The translations under genes were made by a program, and so were the position numbers. Shown piece by piece: positions 35,727 to 46,335 of a stretch of 64,000 nucleotides of DNA (the first letter of the stretch is position 1; each line of letters opens with the position of its first letter). The notes under the pieces were generated by a model, which was given only the letters and a program-made list of their open reading frames with translations, had not been told where the DNA came from and ran no database searches. The DNA is taken from IMG/VR virus record IMGVR_UViG_3300022188_000009. One strand, written 5' to 3'. This DNA is from a virus (lineage: Duplodnaviria > Heunggongvirae > Uroviricota > Caudoviricetes).

Positions 35727-37435
35727 TTAATCAAGTAGATATTGGTTATTTAAAAGAAATTGAAAACGTAAACTGGCTTTCTGAGGTAATAAGTGAGCGG
35801 TTCGATAATGCACTTGACATGTTAATTGACAACTCTATAATTTATGGTGGGGCTGTAAGGGATGTACTTGCGGATAAACCACTTGAAGGGGATCTTGACA
35901 TAGCAGTATTGCCAGAAAATTTTCAAATGATTTCAAAAACTTTTGCTGAAAATCCAAGATGGATAGCATATGCCCCTAGTCCAGGAAAATCACTTGGAGA
36001 TTCCGGTAAAATAGCCAGAGAACTCGCTCCAATGGGTAATATATCATCGTTTGTTAACATGAATAATGTTGTAGTACAACTCATTACATCAAACGATTTA
36101 AATAAAGATCGTATGCAGGCCGTTATGCACCCAGCACGCATGGTTGATATAGTGTGTTGTGGAGTTATAATGCTTAATGATGGGCGTGTGTTTGAAACCG
36201 TACCTGGTGCCCATAAAGACTGTATAGATGGGCTCCTTAGGCTAAACGAATCTTCAGATACTATGTATCTGGATGCTATACCTGCTAGAGTTAAAAAATT
36301 AGTTGCCCGCGGTTGGAAAAATCAGATTAATGTTGAAAAAGCAGTAGCAGAAATTAAATTGAAACGTGAACGTAGTAAAAAACCTCGTAAAAAAAGTGGA
36401 TGGGTCGGAAATAACCAATTTAAATGTCCAGATAAAATTGAGTATGAGATTTTTATGTACAATAAAACCTTAAAACTAGCAATTAATGGACATAAACGAG
36501 AAATTAAAAATCTGTATGAGCTGGGAGATAGCTACACAATATCTTCTCACGTCAACAATATTTGTCGAATTTGTAGACTTAACGCACGTATAATTAAATC
36601 ACCGCTTGGTCAAATATATATCGAATGTGCTGACAGGATAACAACTTCCAGTATTATCGCCAAATTGGATAAATATCGAAGAAAAAGAAAAACTTCTAAA
36701 AGAGCTCTTAGTAAACAATCAGACTATAGCCTTTTTGGCCCTTCTTCTGATGCTAAAAAAGTACATTATAAAGCAACATCTAAACAGTATGAGAATAGTG
36801 GTACACTTACAGGAAGATCAAGCGGAGGAAGAATTGCATCAGGTAGTGTAACAGGTCCTACAAGTGAGGTTATAAGTGAGCCAATAGAAGAAGACTTAGA
36901 AAAACCAATAGCTTATCGAAAAGACACTGTTAAAGTTAAATTTAGAGATTATAACGATCTTCCTGAAAATAAGAAACACGTAATAGCTACAGAAATTAGA
37001 GAAATAAGAGGTGAATTTGAAGCACTCGCTAAATTGGGACAAAAAGCAACTACAGACCACTTACTTGCTAAATTAAAGCCGAGAAAAGTCGTAACCGAGG
37101 AGCATACAGTCGATGTAGTAGAAAAACCTTCCGAAGTTAGTTTTCAAAACAGTACTGATGTAGAAGTATTTAAAAAATACATGACAGCCAGTGAAATTGA
37201 AGATTTAAAAAGAGGTTTGGAAACACTGCCTAAGAAAAAAAAGCTTAAGTGGGTACCACTTTCTAAATTAGACAATGTTACAAGCGAATCACTTTCTAAA
37301 GCAAATAAAAATCCGTGCTTAGAACAATCATTCGCTGAAAATGAGTGGAAAACAGCCCCTATAAAGAAAAAAAATACCATTTTTGATGAATTATTACTTC
37401 AAACCAAAAAGGAGGAGATAAACTCTAATGACTAA
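35723..37435 (+). CDS. Nucleotidyltransferase with a PolyA-pol/CCA-type head domain and a long, basic, low-complexity C-terminal extension
   Basis: NSIIYGGAVRDVLADKPLEGDLDIAV matches the GGxVRD...DxD motif of the class II tRNA nucleotidyltransferase and poly(A) polymerase family. Confidence 0.5.
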   Translation: MINQVDIGYLKEIENVNWLSEVISERFDNALDMLIDNSIIYGGAVRDVLADKPLEGDLDIAVLPENFQMISKTFAENPRWIAYAPSPGKSLGDSGKIARELAPMGNISSFVNMNNVVVQLITSNDLNKDRMQAVMHPARMVDIVCCGVIMLNDGRVFETVPGAHKDCIDGLLRLNESSDTMYLDAIPARVKKLVARGWKNQINVEKAVAEIKLKRERSKKPRKKSGWVGNNQFKCPDKIEYEIFMYNKTLKLAINGHKREIKNLYELGDSYTISSHVNNICRICRLNARIIKSPLGQIYIECADRITTSSIIAKLDKYRRKRKTSKRALSKQSDYSLFGPSSDAKKVHYKATSKQYENSGTLTGRSSGGRIASGSVTGPTSEVISEPIEEDLEKPIAYRKDTVKVKFRDYNDLPENKKHVIATEIREIRGEFEALAKLGQKATTDHLLAKLKPRKVVTEEHTVDVVEKPSEVSFQNSTDVEVFKKYMTASEIEDLKRGLETLPKKKKLKWVPLSKLDNVTSESLSKANKNPCLEQSFAENEWKTAPIKKKNTIFDELLLQTKKEEINSND

Positions 37436-37841
37436 CGAAAAGACTGATTTCTTTTTCGTCTACGGTACCCTTAAAGAAGGTGGCCATTTTGCAACCGATC
37501 TTGACCCTTTCCGTATTCGTTCTGAAAAGGCTGAACTTGATGGGTTTGAATTATTTAACTTAGGTTGGTTCCCTGGTATAAAAGAAGGAGACAGTAAAGT
37601 TTATGGAGAAGTCCATGAATATAAAAACTTAGGTTCAGTTCAACAGCGTCTTGATAATATTGAAGGGTATAATGAGAGTGACGAAAAGAACAGCTTATAT
37701 CTCAGGCGTCGTAAGACTGTAAATTTGGGTGCCGGTAAAGGAAAGATTGAAGCCAATGTGTACATATTTAATCAAAACGTACCGTCTGACGCAAAAAAGA
37801 TTGAATCTGGCGACTGGGATTTAGAAAAATACAGTAATTAA
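37428..37841 (+). CDS. AIG2/GGCT-like gamma-glutamylcyclotransferase-fold protein
   Basis: FFFVYGTLKEGG matches the YGTLKxG signature. RBS aaggagg. Confidence 0.65.
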   Translation: MTNEKTDFFFVYGTLKEGGHFATDLDPFRIRSEKAELDGFELFNLGWFPGIKEGDSKVYGEVHEYKNLGSVQQRLDNIEGYNESDEKNSLYLRRRKTVNLGAGKGKIEANVYIFNQNVPSDAKKIESGDWDLEKYSN

Positions 37842-37907
37842 TTGAAGTAGATATCTTGATTATTACAAAATATAAAATATTTTTAATGAAAAAGGAATAA
37901 AATAAAT

Positions 37908-38183
37908 ATGAAAATTAAAGAAAATTTAAACATGTTGGGGTTGTCTGTAGTAGATAAAGTTACAGGGTTTAAAGGTATTGTTTCATCAATGAGTTTTGAT
38001 TTATATGGATGTGTACAGGGCCTGGTTACTCCATCTATGAAAGAAGATGGAAAATGTCCGGACAATCTATGGCTTGATGTTGATAGATTACGAATAGTTT
38101 GCAGAGAGCCTGTCATGAAACGGCCTGATTTTGAGCTCAGTTCAGCCCCTAAAGGCCCTGCAATGAAACCAGTTAAATTTTAA
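37908..38183 (+). CDS. Hypothetical protein
   Basis: RBS aaaaggaataaa. Confidence 0.4.
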   Translation: MKIKENLNMLGLSVVDKVTGFKGIVSSMSFDLYGCVQGLVTPSMKEDGKCPDNLWLDVDRLRIVCREPVMKRPDFELSSAPKGPAMKPVKF

Positions 38184-38202
38184 TAGTTCAGAAAGGAAAA
38201 AT

Positions 38203-38523
38203 ATGAAAATCAACGAGATTACAATTAATCCACAAATGACAGCTACTGGAGACCCTTCACGGTTTCGAGTAAATGAAGCAATTGATGTTAATGGGCAGCC
38301 TGGGCATACAGTCAAAAAGATTACATATAATCCAGTTACACGTTTATTCAACAAAGGCCTGGAAGTCGGAAATAGCTGTTATACTGTCTATTTTAATGAT
38401 ATTCCTGAACGCCGTATAATCATGGATAATATAGTTACCTCAATTGAGGCAGTAAAAGACGATAACAAGAAAGATAACAACAATGACGCAGCCAGTGAAG
38501 CTGGTGTAGCATTACCGACATAG
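38203..38523 (+). CDS. Hypothetical protein
   Basis: RBS aaaggaaaaat. Confidence 0.4.
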   Translation: MKINEITINPQMTATGDPSRFRVNEAIDVNGQPGHTVKKITYNPVTRLFNKGLEVGNSCYTVYFNDIPERRIIMDNIVTSIEAVKDDNKKDNNNDAASEAGVALPT

Positions 38524-38531
38524 GAGGCCAA

Positions 38532-39254
38532 ATGGCAGATCGTATTTTAGTGGTTAATGGAGCAAGTTATGCGAGAGCTATAGATGGATTGGGGGACCCA
38601 ACTTCAAGGGTTTCTCAATTTATGGAAAGTCCTAAGGATTTCAAGCTTGTATTGTTTACTGGAGGGGCTGATGTTGATCCAAGATTTTATGGAGATACTA
38701 GCCCTAAAAGACTTTGTCAAGCTAACCCTGAACGAGATATATTTGAAATTTCTATCTTCAAAAAGGCTAAAAAAGCAGAAGTTTTAATGACTGGTATATG
38801 CCGAGGACTACAATTTCTTAATGTAATGAATGGTGGTAAAATGATCCATCATTTAGAGAATCATGGTTTTGGAACACATGATATGATTACTGATTGTGGA
38901 GATGTCATACCTGTTAATTCTTTACATCATCAAATGATTATTCCTGGTATGGATTCTATAGTTACAGGATGGACAGAATCGCTTTCTAAATTACATATAG
39001 GCCAAGACGATGAAGAAATTAACTGGCCGGGCGTAAATTATGAAGCAGCAATATACACAAACACAAAGTGCTTCGGCGTACAATACCATCCTGAGATGCT
39101 GAATAATGACAGCGAAGGTTACCAATATTATTATGATATGGTACACCGTGCTCTAACTATGGATTGGAATGACTTCGTCGAGCCTCACCTAATAAAGGCT
39201 AAAGATGGAAAATCTTCTAAAATATCTCAATCTAATTCTTGTATTACCTGGTAA
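38532..39254 (+). CDS. Class-I glutamine amidotransferase-like protein (peptidase C26-like), copy 2
   Basis: LFTGGADVDPRFYG...LMTGICRGLQFLNVMNGG...SLHHQ...QYHPE. RBS taggaggcc. Confidence 0.65.
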   Translation: MADRILVVNGASYARAIDGLGDPTSRVSQFMESPKDFKLVLFTGGADVDPRFYGDTSPKRLCQANPERDIFEISIFKKAKKAEVLMTGICRGLQFLNVMNGGKMIHHLENHGFGTHDMITDCGDVIPVNSLHHQMIIPGMDSIVTGWTESLSKLHIGQDDEEINWPGVNYEAAIYTNTKCFGVQYHPEMLNNDSEGYQYYYDMVHRALTMDWNDFVEPHLIKAKDGKSSKISQSNSCITW

Positions 39255-39675
39255 TCGTATATTACTTAAACGTAATATAAGTTCCGTATCTAAAACTTGG
39301 CAATGGTCAGCTACAGAGGAATCTTATTTAACAGAATCTATGGATGCTGCTATGGAAGCAAACAGACTCCTACGTAACAATTATAATATAATACCGCCTA
39401 TTGATACTACAGAAGACTTTGTAATCATAAAACATGTACCACCGATTAAATCTTTAGCAGGAAAATTTATTATACCACTTATCGCAAAAATAAATATACA
39501 TATGAATTTTCAGGTAGACAAAACTATCCAATTTAGGGCTGTACGATTTGATGACTTACTAGACGATATTATGGCGAACTCTATTTATCAAAAAACAGGA
39601 GATTTTCCTTTACATACGCCTGTTTTGGTACATACGTTACAAACTTGTCATAATAGGAGGATTCTTAATCAATGA
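39205..39675 (+). CDS. Hypothetical protein of uncertain start
   Basis: The track ORF overlaps the upstream gene by 50 nt. The alternative start MDAAMEANRLL lies at 39343. Confidence 0.3.
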   Translation: MENLLKYLNLILVLPGNRILLKRNISSVSKTWQWSATEESYLTESMDAAMEANRLLRNNYNIIPPIDTTEDFVIIKHVPPIKSLAGKFIIPLIAKINIHMNFQVDKTIQFRAVRFDDLLDDIMANSIYQKTGDFPLHTPVLVHTLQTCHNRRILNQ

Positions 39676-40190
39676 GCAAAAAACTGTCAAATTACACTTG
39701 TAAAGAGATCTTCATAGTGTGTGAAGAAGAAGATCAGGACTTCGGAGAGATGTTTGTTACAGATAACTGGAGTGACCTCAAAACACATTTGAAAACTTTA
39801 ACTCCTGATACAGATTCTGAAATGAGAGTCTTTCATGGAGTTATAACCCCAGCAGAATTCTTACCTAACTCGTTCCACGGTAAATCTGTTTTCATTGTTT
39901 GCCAGGACCCAGATGATTTACAGAAAGGTAACGCTATAGAAGCTGTATCTGATACCCCAGAAGGCTTGTCAGAAGATATTTCGAGACTTCTTGATTATGG
40001 AACGGTACATTTATTTAATGGTGAATTGGACATTGATAATGTTTATTTACTGTACGGGTACCAATTACAAACCTGTCTAACTGTTGATGGAGATGAGCTT
40101 GACGAAGAAATTATTGAAATGTGCAAAATTATTGGAACTGAAGTAAAAATGACTGAGCAGGCATTTTCAAAGAACAGTCAGGGAGGATAG
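39672..40190 (+). CDS. Acidic hypothetical protein
   Basis: 172-codon ORF. Confidence 0.45.
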   Translation: MSKKLSNYTCKEIFIVCEEEDQDFGEMFVTDNWSDLKTHLKTLTPDTDSEMRVFHGVITPAEFLPNSFHGKSVFIVCQDPDDLQKGNAIEAVSDTPEGLSEDISRLLDYGTVHLFNGELDIDNVYLLYGYQLQTCLTVDGDELDEEIIEMCKIIGTEVKMTEQAFSKNSQGG

Positions 40191-40192
40191 AT

Positions 40193-40576
40193 GTGGTAGA
40201 AAAAATAAAAAAGATTATAGAAGTTGAGGTGTATGACCAAAATGTTCAGGCAAGCTACAAAGGTCGTTTGTTGGGACTATTATCTCAAAAAGAATATGCA
40301 GGAATTATTGCAAAAAAAGATCTCAGGAACAAACTATTTACTGTGCCTACAAAACCATGTTCTGAAATAGCAAATCTTGTTATGATTGAAGGACTTCGTT
40401 TAGCAATAGCAGTTAAAGAAAAAGATGATAAAGAGGTAACAAGAAAAACTCTGTTCTTTACAGAGCAATTAGATATAATTAGTCACGTAGTTAGTGATAT
40501 TGACATTACATTTGTAGGAAAAAATGGATCTTACATTATTCTTACGGAGGAAGAAGTAAATGAAAATCATCCCTAG
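40193..40576 (+). CDS. Hypothetical protein
   Basis: 127-codon ORF. Confidence 0.45.
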   Translation: MVEKIKKIIEVEVYDQNVQASYKGRLLGLLSQKEYAGIIAKKDLRNKLFTVPTKPCSEIANLVMIEGLRLAIAVKEKDDKEVTRKTLFFTEQLDIISHVVSDIDITFVGKNGSYIILTEEEVNENHP

Positions 40577-41357
40577 TCAAGTATTTAATACTGGTACTAA
40601 ATTTGTAGTTACCAAAGAGTCTATAGACGGCACATTTAAACCAGGATCCACAGGCTTCATTTCATACGTCAAAGGTATAGATCGTGATTACCCCAATGTA
40701 GTGTTTATAAGGGCTAATATAGTTAAAAGAGGAAAAGCTGGTAAAGAACGTCTGGAGCAGTGTGAGATATCTACGCCTGTATTTGATTTTGAGAGTGAGC
40801 ATTTACATGCTTTGCTTCCAAATGAAGAAAGGCGGCATTTTGTTCATATTAAGTCTGTAACAGTGCCTAACAATGTAATATCATTTTCTAAAATAGATTA
40901 TCTTGCCTGGGCAAATGCATATGCGAGATATATCCATAAACTTAGCATAAAAGCTAAGCATGTTTCTGTATGGCCAAACGGTAGTAAAAATTTAGTAAAC
41001 CGTATTCTACACATAGATGATTACTACAGAGAAGATGAGAATTATACGAAAGACACATACTGCAATACAGATTCAAGAGTAGAATTTATTGCTAAAATAC
41101 GTGTTATTAGTTCTACGTTAGTTCGTTGTTGTATTTCGTATATGTATAAAATAGCTCAATTGGAAGAACATGCTATATTAGACATAAATAAACGTAGCAC
41201 TAAAGACAAACCAATTAATACAGAAACAATTCTAAAAACTACAAAGGATTTCTTCTCAGAGCGAAAATCGATGATTGGCTTTTTACATTCAGAACACGGT
41301 AAAAATAAAAATTCTAAAACTATGGAAATTATACGTAATGGTCTATCGTGGTCTTAA
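40560..41357 (+). CDS. Hypothetical protein
   Basis: 265-codon ORF. Confidence 0.45.
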   Translation: MKIIPSQVFNTGTKFVVTKESIDGTFKPGSTGFISYVKGIDRDYPNVVFIRANIVKRGKAGKERLEQCEISTPVFDFESEHLHALLPNEERRHFVHIKSVTVPNNVISFSKIDYLAWANAYARYIHKLSIKAKHVSVWPNGSKNLVNRILHIDDYYREDENYTKDTYCNTDSRVEFIAKIRVISSTLVRCCISYMYKIAQLEEHAILDINKRSTKDKPINTETILKTTKDFFSERKSMIGFLHSEHGKNKNSKTMEIIRNGLSWS

Positions 41358-41398
41358 CATTTGATTTACGTTAAAATTAAAATTCATTTGGAGGCAAC

Positions 41399-42298
41399 AT
41401 GTTCGATTTAGGAACACAAATTGTAGTTTTGGCTAGTAATAAAAGAAAAAATACTGGTTTTAGGAGGGGTAGTATAGGATTCGCCTCAACTTGTTTAAGA
41501 AGTAATACCTTTTACAAATATGGTTTTGTTGCTACAATCAATGAAATATTTTTTAGTAGGTATGGGTTTGAACTTAAAGACAGGGTAGAAAAGAAAACTA
41601 TTATATCTATTTTTCCAATAATTAAATCACCCATGGAAGATACTGAAACTCAAATACTGTCTTTAATTAAACGAATAAATTCACCAAAAAGTACTATCAT
41701 CTGGAATGACATTAATGATTACTTTGGTATGAGCCAAACAACCCCTGTAGCGTTGGCTATTCCATTAAACTATAAAAGAACAAATCTTGCAGATTGCAGT
41801 AATAATGAATTTAAGGCTTGGGTAAACAGTGTTTTTCTGAATTCAAACTTCGTAAGTTGGCTGAACGGGTTAATGGTCACTAACCATTTCGTTAACTCTA
41901 ATATGCTAAATATTAACTGTAAGTCTATTAGAATCATACACCAGATGGTTGTTGATCGAGAATATAGACACTCAAAATTAATTAGTATATGTAAAAACAA
42001 TGATACAAAAAAATCTATTACTGTTGTAATTAAAGCACTTTTGGTTATGTTTGGACGAACTGAGAAAAATAATTTAATTAATTATTTAATAGCTGTTATG
42101 CATAATACAGATATTAATGACAAAAAGTTACTATTCAGATCAATTTTAAATAACATTGTAGTAAGCCTATATTCTCCGTCAGTGTTTGAAGCATTAAAAA
42201 ATAATTTTAAGAAAATAAACCATACTGAGGCATTAAATGTTATTAATACTATTGAAGCCACGAAACATTCTGTTATAACGCTCCATTCTAGTCTTTAG
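41399..42298 (+). CDS. Hypothetical protein
   Basis: RBS tggaggca. Confidence 0.45.
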   Translation: MFDLGTQIVVLASNKRKNTGFRRGSIGFASTCLRSNTFYKYGFVATINEIFFSRYGFELKDRVEKKTIISIFPIIKSPMEDTETQILSLIKRINSPKSTIIWNDINDYFGMSQTTPVALAIPLNYKRTNLADCSNNEFKAWVNSVFLNSNFVSWLNGLMVTNHFVNSNMLNINCKSIRIIHQMVVDREYRHSKLISICKNNDTKKSITVVIKALLVMFGRTEKNNLINYLIAVMHNTDINDKKLLFRSILNNIVVSLYSPSVFEALKNNFKKINHTEALNVINTIEATKHSVITLHSSL

Positions 42299-42350
42299 AA
42301 AAATTTGGTTAATATCTAACAATAACTTTATTTAGTGAAAGGGGAATCCT

Positions 42351-45300
42351 ATGCAGGATACATTCAATTCGAGCAGAGTTCAACACCTAGTTAATACTAT
42401 TTTTACTCAATTTCGCTCAAGAACAGAAACTGAAGGACGGAAGAGCGGTGTAGATTTTGGAATCACACTTGATTTAAATATTGATTCAGATAATATACTT
42501 TGGCTTAAGTTTGCTAAAGGCAATGAATCACACAGTATCACTATACCAATGCCGTTTATAGAAAACAGTATAGAGTTTGTTCAGCAGAATGAAGTTTTAA
42601 GAGCTACTTGCCCATTCTGGTTGGAAGAAGAACAACGTGAGTTGGACTATTTTGGTGCTGTTTCTCAGGTCATACTTGGAACTCCAAGTGGGCTGATATC
42701 TGACGATTTAATCAAAGCTACTCCATATCTACAACGGGTTATATACGGCTTCAAGAATGATAATGCTTCGATAATTATTTATAACTTTCAACAGGCAATT
42801 AACGAAATAGTTCATAAAATGCCTCTACATGAAACAATGATGAATAGTTTCGTAATGAATAACAGACTGATGGTTGTTGACAAAGACTTTGATGAACTTA
42901 CAAGTCCTACACAACGCCTTGAGTATCAGGTAAACAAAGCTAAGAAATATTTCAATATTGGTTGGACATCGATAGGTCTGTCAGACGGGGCACTGGCAGA
43001 TAAGAATTATATCCTTAAGAAAGACTTACGTAATCTATCACCATTCGGTATACGATATCATAATCCTCAACGTAATCTGTATTCCACACTTGGGATGAAA
43101 GGTGATGAGTATTCAATTATTAGTTCACAGACATCCAAAGAACTTGCAGACAAGAATATTACTCGTAAAGGGTGGAATTTATTCTCAGCTTTTGTTGATA
43201 TTCCTGATATCTTTGAAGATCAAATAATGGTTGACAACTCTCACCTTGACAAGTTTGTAACATATGAACGCAGATACCAAGTATTCGGTATACTTCATAT
43301 AAAAGAAAATCAGACAATTAAAACAAATGACATTTTGGGCACTTCACCTGATCAGGAAAATATAATCTTCGATACAGTATGTGACAGTGCTCGTGTTATT
43401 AAAATTGTCGAATCTTCAGTATCAGTTGGTGGAGCTTTAACTAAAGTGTATAATGTTATTGTTTCCTATTGTCGTAACTTTCGTGACGGTGTTAAAATTA
43501 CTAACATGCATGGTAATAAAGGAGTCATTCGGATGGCTGACTTAGGCTATGCCGTTGATCCAAGAACAGGTCAGAAAAGGAAAATTGACGTAATTATTGG
43601 GGCAAAAACTGTTGGCAAAAGACGTAACTATGGACAGATTCTTGAGGCACTCACTAACTGTATTCTGGAAGCAGACGCTTCTTCTAGTACTGTATATATA
43701 GATTCAGAAACAGTTGAAATTCCTAAAGTTAATCCTATAGTTATTGCTGATGATTGGTATCAACCAAATGAGCAGATTGAAGCTGGATTAGAGAAGCGTG
43801 GGTTCAGACGTGATGGTACGTGGGATTGTGATACTTATGCTGGTAAAGTTAAAGCTATATGTGGTAATATTTTCTGGGGAGTAATTAAAACTCCAGAAGA
43901 TCAAGTATGGAAACCCAATGCTACAACTAACCGTAATGGTAAAGGGGTCCGCACAGCAGGCTTAAAGCTGTCTCATATCGAGTTTATGTCAATAGAAACC
44001 CGTTTTGGTGCTAACAGTGCTCTTATGGATGAAATCATGTCATACTCACAAGGCTCAGCAAATTTGCATGATGTATTGAGTATGATGCGTGCTAAAATTG
44101 GTACAGTACCAACCGATAAACCAGTGCTTGATTTACAAAGTATTATACCAGTAAACCAACAGGGTAGTACTATTATACCTGGACAATTCATCGGAGGAAC
44201 TATTGTTGATGAATTCTTTCATCCTGATGGTTTTGTATTTCAACTGCCATTACCTTATATGACTCTTGTTGATAGTGATGGAGAAACATTTGAAGGCTCT
44301 CCTTTATCATTCGACCAGATGACTGTTGCTGAGAAAGCAAAATATAAAAAGCAATTCGTCACTGATAAACTATATATCCCTAATGGGACGCTTAGAAAAT
44401 GTTGGAGGCATGCTACAGGAAAATATGGTTTGAGTGAGATCGGTGTATTAGTTAATAATGTAACAGTTATGGCACGAAGACTTGTAGAAGACCCACAGAA
44501 TGCAATTCACCACAGATTATATTATAGTACGTTATATACATATTTTAATAAGCTGAGTAAAATACTTGGTACAAAACGTGGTGAAATATCAACATATGGT
44601 ATGGGTATCAGATATCCATTTTCTGTTAAAGCTATTGCATGCCTGTCTACAACGCTGCCTAAAAACACAGTAGAAATTCATCGTAGTATGGCAGAAGTAA
44701 TGAAAGTCAAAAATAATGATGTTGTTTTGGCTGAAAGATTTCCATGTTTAGGATTTATGTCCGTACGTCCTCAGAAAGTACGAATTACTGATGATCCTAT
44801 GTGTAAATACGTTATTAGAGTGAGTGGTAATAGTTTAGTAAGTCAGAATCTTGATTTTGATGGCGATGTTCTATTCTTAGCAGCATTTCATACGCCGGCA
44901 GCGAAAACAGAATTACTTCGTGAATGGACAAACCCTGATAAGACGTGTTACAAGTTCATTAAAGAACTCAATGAACGAAAAGGAGCTCCCCATATTAAGG
45001 AGTTCACGTTTAAAGACTTTGATATTAAACCATTTGCAGACATGACTAATGAGGAACATGCAATTATAGTGGAGAAGAACACTGGGGTAAAAGCTCAAAC
45101 TGGCTCAGTTATTGCGTTAACTTATAATATTATGCGTATGGTTGAAAATTCTGATTTAGCTAAAGACCATAAAACGAAAGTTTCTATAGAGATGTTCTTG
45201 GAAAAAGCAGCTCAATCTGTATTCGAACAGAAGCATGGAGGCAGATCTCTTTATGAAATAGTTACCGAAGGTGTGTGTACTTCTGATGTTGAAATGCTAG

Positions 45301-45776
45301 TTGAAGTTGGTTTCAAAAGAGGTGTTACTGAAAAATTATGTACTTTAATTAAAGAACGTGCATCCACTTTAGGTATTTTTGACCTGGTTAAGTTTCATCA
45401 GGACTCGAAAAAGTTTGGAGGTGGCAATATCATAAATAAGGTTATTCGTGAATACCATCATATATATTTTGCAAGTCGTGCTTGCCTTGAAGGTACTGCA
45501 CTGCTTGAGGCATTAGATTATGATGCTGTAGATATTCCAAGTAGAATGTTCAAACGTATAATTGCAGGAAAAAATGAGAAAATACATACAGAGCTGGATA
45601 AAGTATTGAATGAAGCACAAGCTAATCAAATTAATGATAACAAATTGAAGAAAGCTGTTACAGACATATGCGAGATCTTTGATATAGCTATGAGCTGTAA
45701 GTCTATGGGTATACTGCCTAAAACAGGCAGTAAACTACGTGCAGCTCCAAAAACCGTTATAGGTGGAGGTTTCTGA
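42351..45776 (+). CDS. Large (1141 aa) protein similar to the RNA polymerase beta-prime subunit, carrying a double-psi beta-barrel catalytic motif
   Basis: VSQNLDFDGDVLFLAAFH matches the universally conserved NADFDGD metal-binding motif of multisubunit RNAP beta-prime. It is also related to RdRP/YonO-like polymerases. RBS aaagggg. Confidence 0.5.
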   Translation: MQDTFNSSRVQHLVNTIFTQFRSRTETEGRKSGVDFGITLDLNIDSDNILWLKFAKGNESHSITIPMPFIENSIEFVQQNEVLRATCPFWLEEEQRELDYFGAVSQVILGTPSGLISDDLIKATPYLQRVIYGFKNDNASIIIYNFQQAINEIVHKMPLHETMMNSFVMNNRLMVVDKDFDELTSPTQRLEYQVNKAKKYFNIGWTSIGLSDGALADKNYILKKDLRNLSPFGIRYHNPQRNLYSTLGMKGDEYSIISSQTSKELADKNITRKGWNLFSAFVDIPDIFEDQIMVDNSHLDKFVTYERRYQVFGILHIKENQTIKTNDILGTSPDQENIIFDTVCDSARVIKIVESSVSVGGALTKVYNVIVSYCRNFRDGVKITNMHGNKGVIRMADLGYAVDPRTGQKRKIDVIIGAKTVGKRRNYGQILEALTNCILEADASSSTVYIDSETVEIPKVNPIVIADDWYQPNEQIEAGLEKRGFRRDGTWDCDTYAGKVKAICGNIFWGVIKTPEDQVWKPNATTNRNGKGVRTAGLKLSHIEFMSIETRFGANSALMDEIMSYSQGSANLHDVLSMMRAKIGTVPTDKPVLDLQSIIPVNQQGSTIIPGQFIGGTIVDEFFHPDGFVFQLPLPYMTLVDSDGETFEGSPLSFDQMTVAEKAKYKKQFVTDKLYIPNGTLRKCWRHATGKYGLSEIGVLVNNVTVMARRLVEDPQNAIHHRLYYSTLYTYFNKLSKILGTKRGEISTYGMGIRYPFSVKAIACLSTTLPKNTVEIHRSMAEVMKVKNNDVVLAERFPCLGFMSVRPQKVRITDDPMCKYVIRVSGNSLVSQNLDFDGDVLFLAAFHTPAAKTELLREWTNPDKTCYKFIKELNERKGAPHIKEFTFKDFDIKPFADMTNEEHAIIVEKNTGVKAQTGSVIALTYNIMRMVENSDLAKDHKTKVSIEMFLEKAAQSVFEQKHGGRSLYEIVTEGVCTSDVEMLVEVGFKRGVTEKLCTLIKERASTLGIFDLVKFHQDSKKFGGGNIINKVIREYHHIYFASRACLEGTALLEALDYDAVDIPSRMFKRIIAGKNEKIHTELDKVLNEAQANQINDNKLKKAVTDICEIFDIAMSCKSMGILPKTGSKLRAAPKTVIGGGF

Positions 45777-46278
45777 TATGCTAAAAACTATTGAATTTAA
45801 TGATTTTGTAATAAAGGTTGGAGATAAATTTCGAGTCAAAAAAGGATCTTCTACACCAGACGGTTGTCCAACAAATTGTATTGTTAAAGTAGAGTGTATT
45901 ACCAGTGATGGTTTAATAGGATTATATAGTAAACATGCAATTGAAGGTTGGAGTGACCTAAATGGTAGGGTTAATTATGAGCATGGACTTTATGTACAAG
46001 CCAAGTATGTTTATAAAAATCTCGATATAATTAAAACAGAGTTCACCATACAAAAAGCTATAAAACATAAAGGGCATAACCTTCAAGGAATGAAATGTAA
46101 ACTTATTAAATCTTTACGCCACACTCAGCACGTTTTTGTTGAGGTAGATAAAAATATAGGAGCCGGTGGTGCTGACGGTCTAGGAAAACTAGGTCATTGT
46201 ATACTGATTACAAAAGATAATTTATCCAGTATCCCACCGGAAAAAAAGAAATCTAAAAACCAAAAGATATTTAATTGA
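45763..46278 (+). CDS. Hypothetical protein
   Basis: Its start overlaps the stop of the upstream gene. Confidence 0.45.
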   Translation: MEVSDMLKTIEFNDFVIKVGDKFRVKKGSSTPDGCPTNCIVKVECITSDGLIGLYSKHAIEGWSDLNGRVNYEHGLYVQAKYVYKNLDIIKTEFTIQKAIKHKGHNLQGMKCKLIKSLRHTQHVFVEVDKNIGAGGADGLGKLGHCILITKDNLSSIPPEKKKSKNQKIFN

Positions 46279-46335
46279 TATATATATATATAAACAGAAT
46301 TAGACACTCTTTGCTAAAAAAGGAGAACTAAATTT

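Noticed and set aside
42351-45776. Assignment as a crAss-like phage on the basis of a giant DFDGD polymerase
   Set aside because: Strong Shine-Dalgarno sequences precede most genes and the RNA ligase is T4-like. Both argue against a Bacteroidota/crAss context. The taxonomy is left open.
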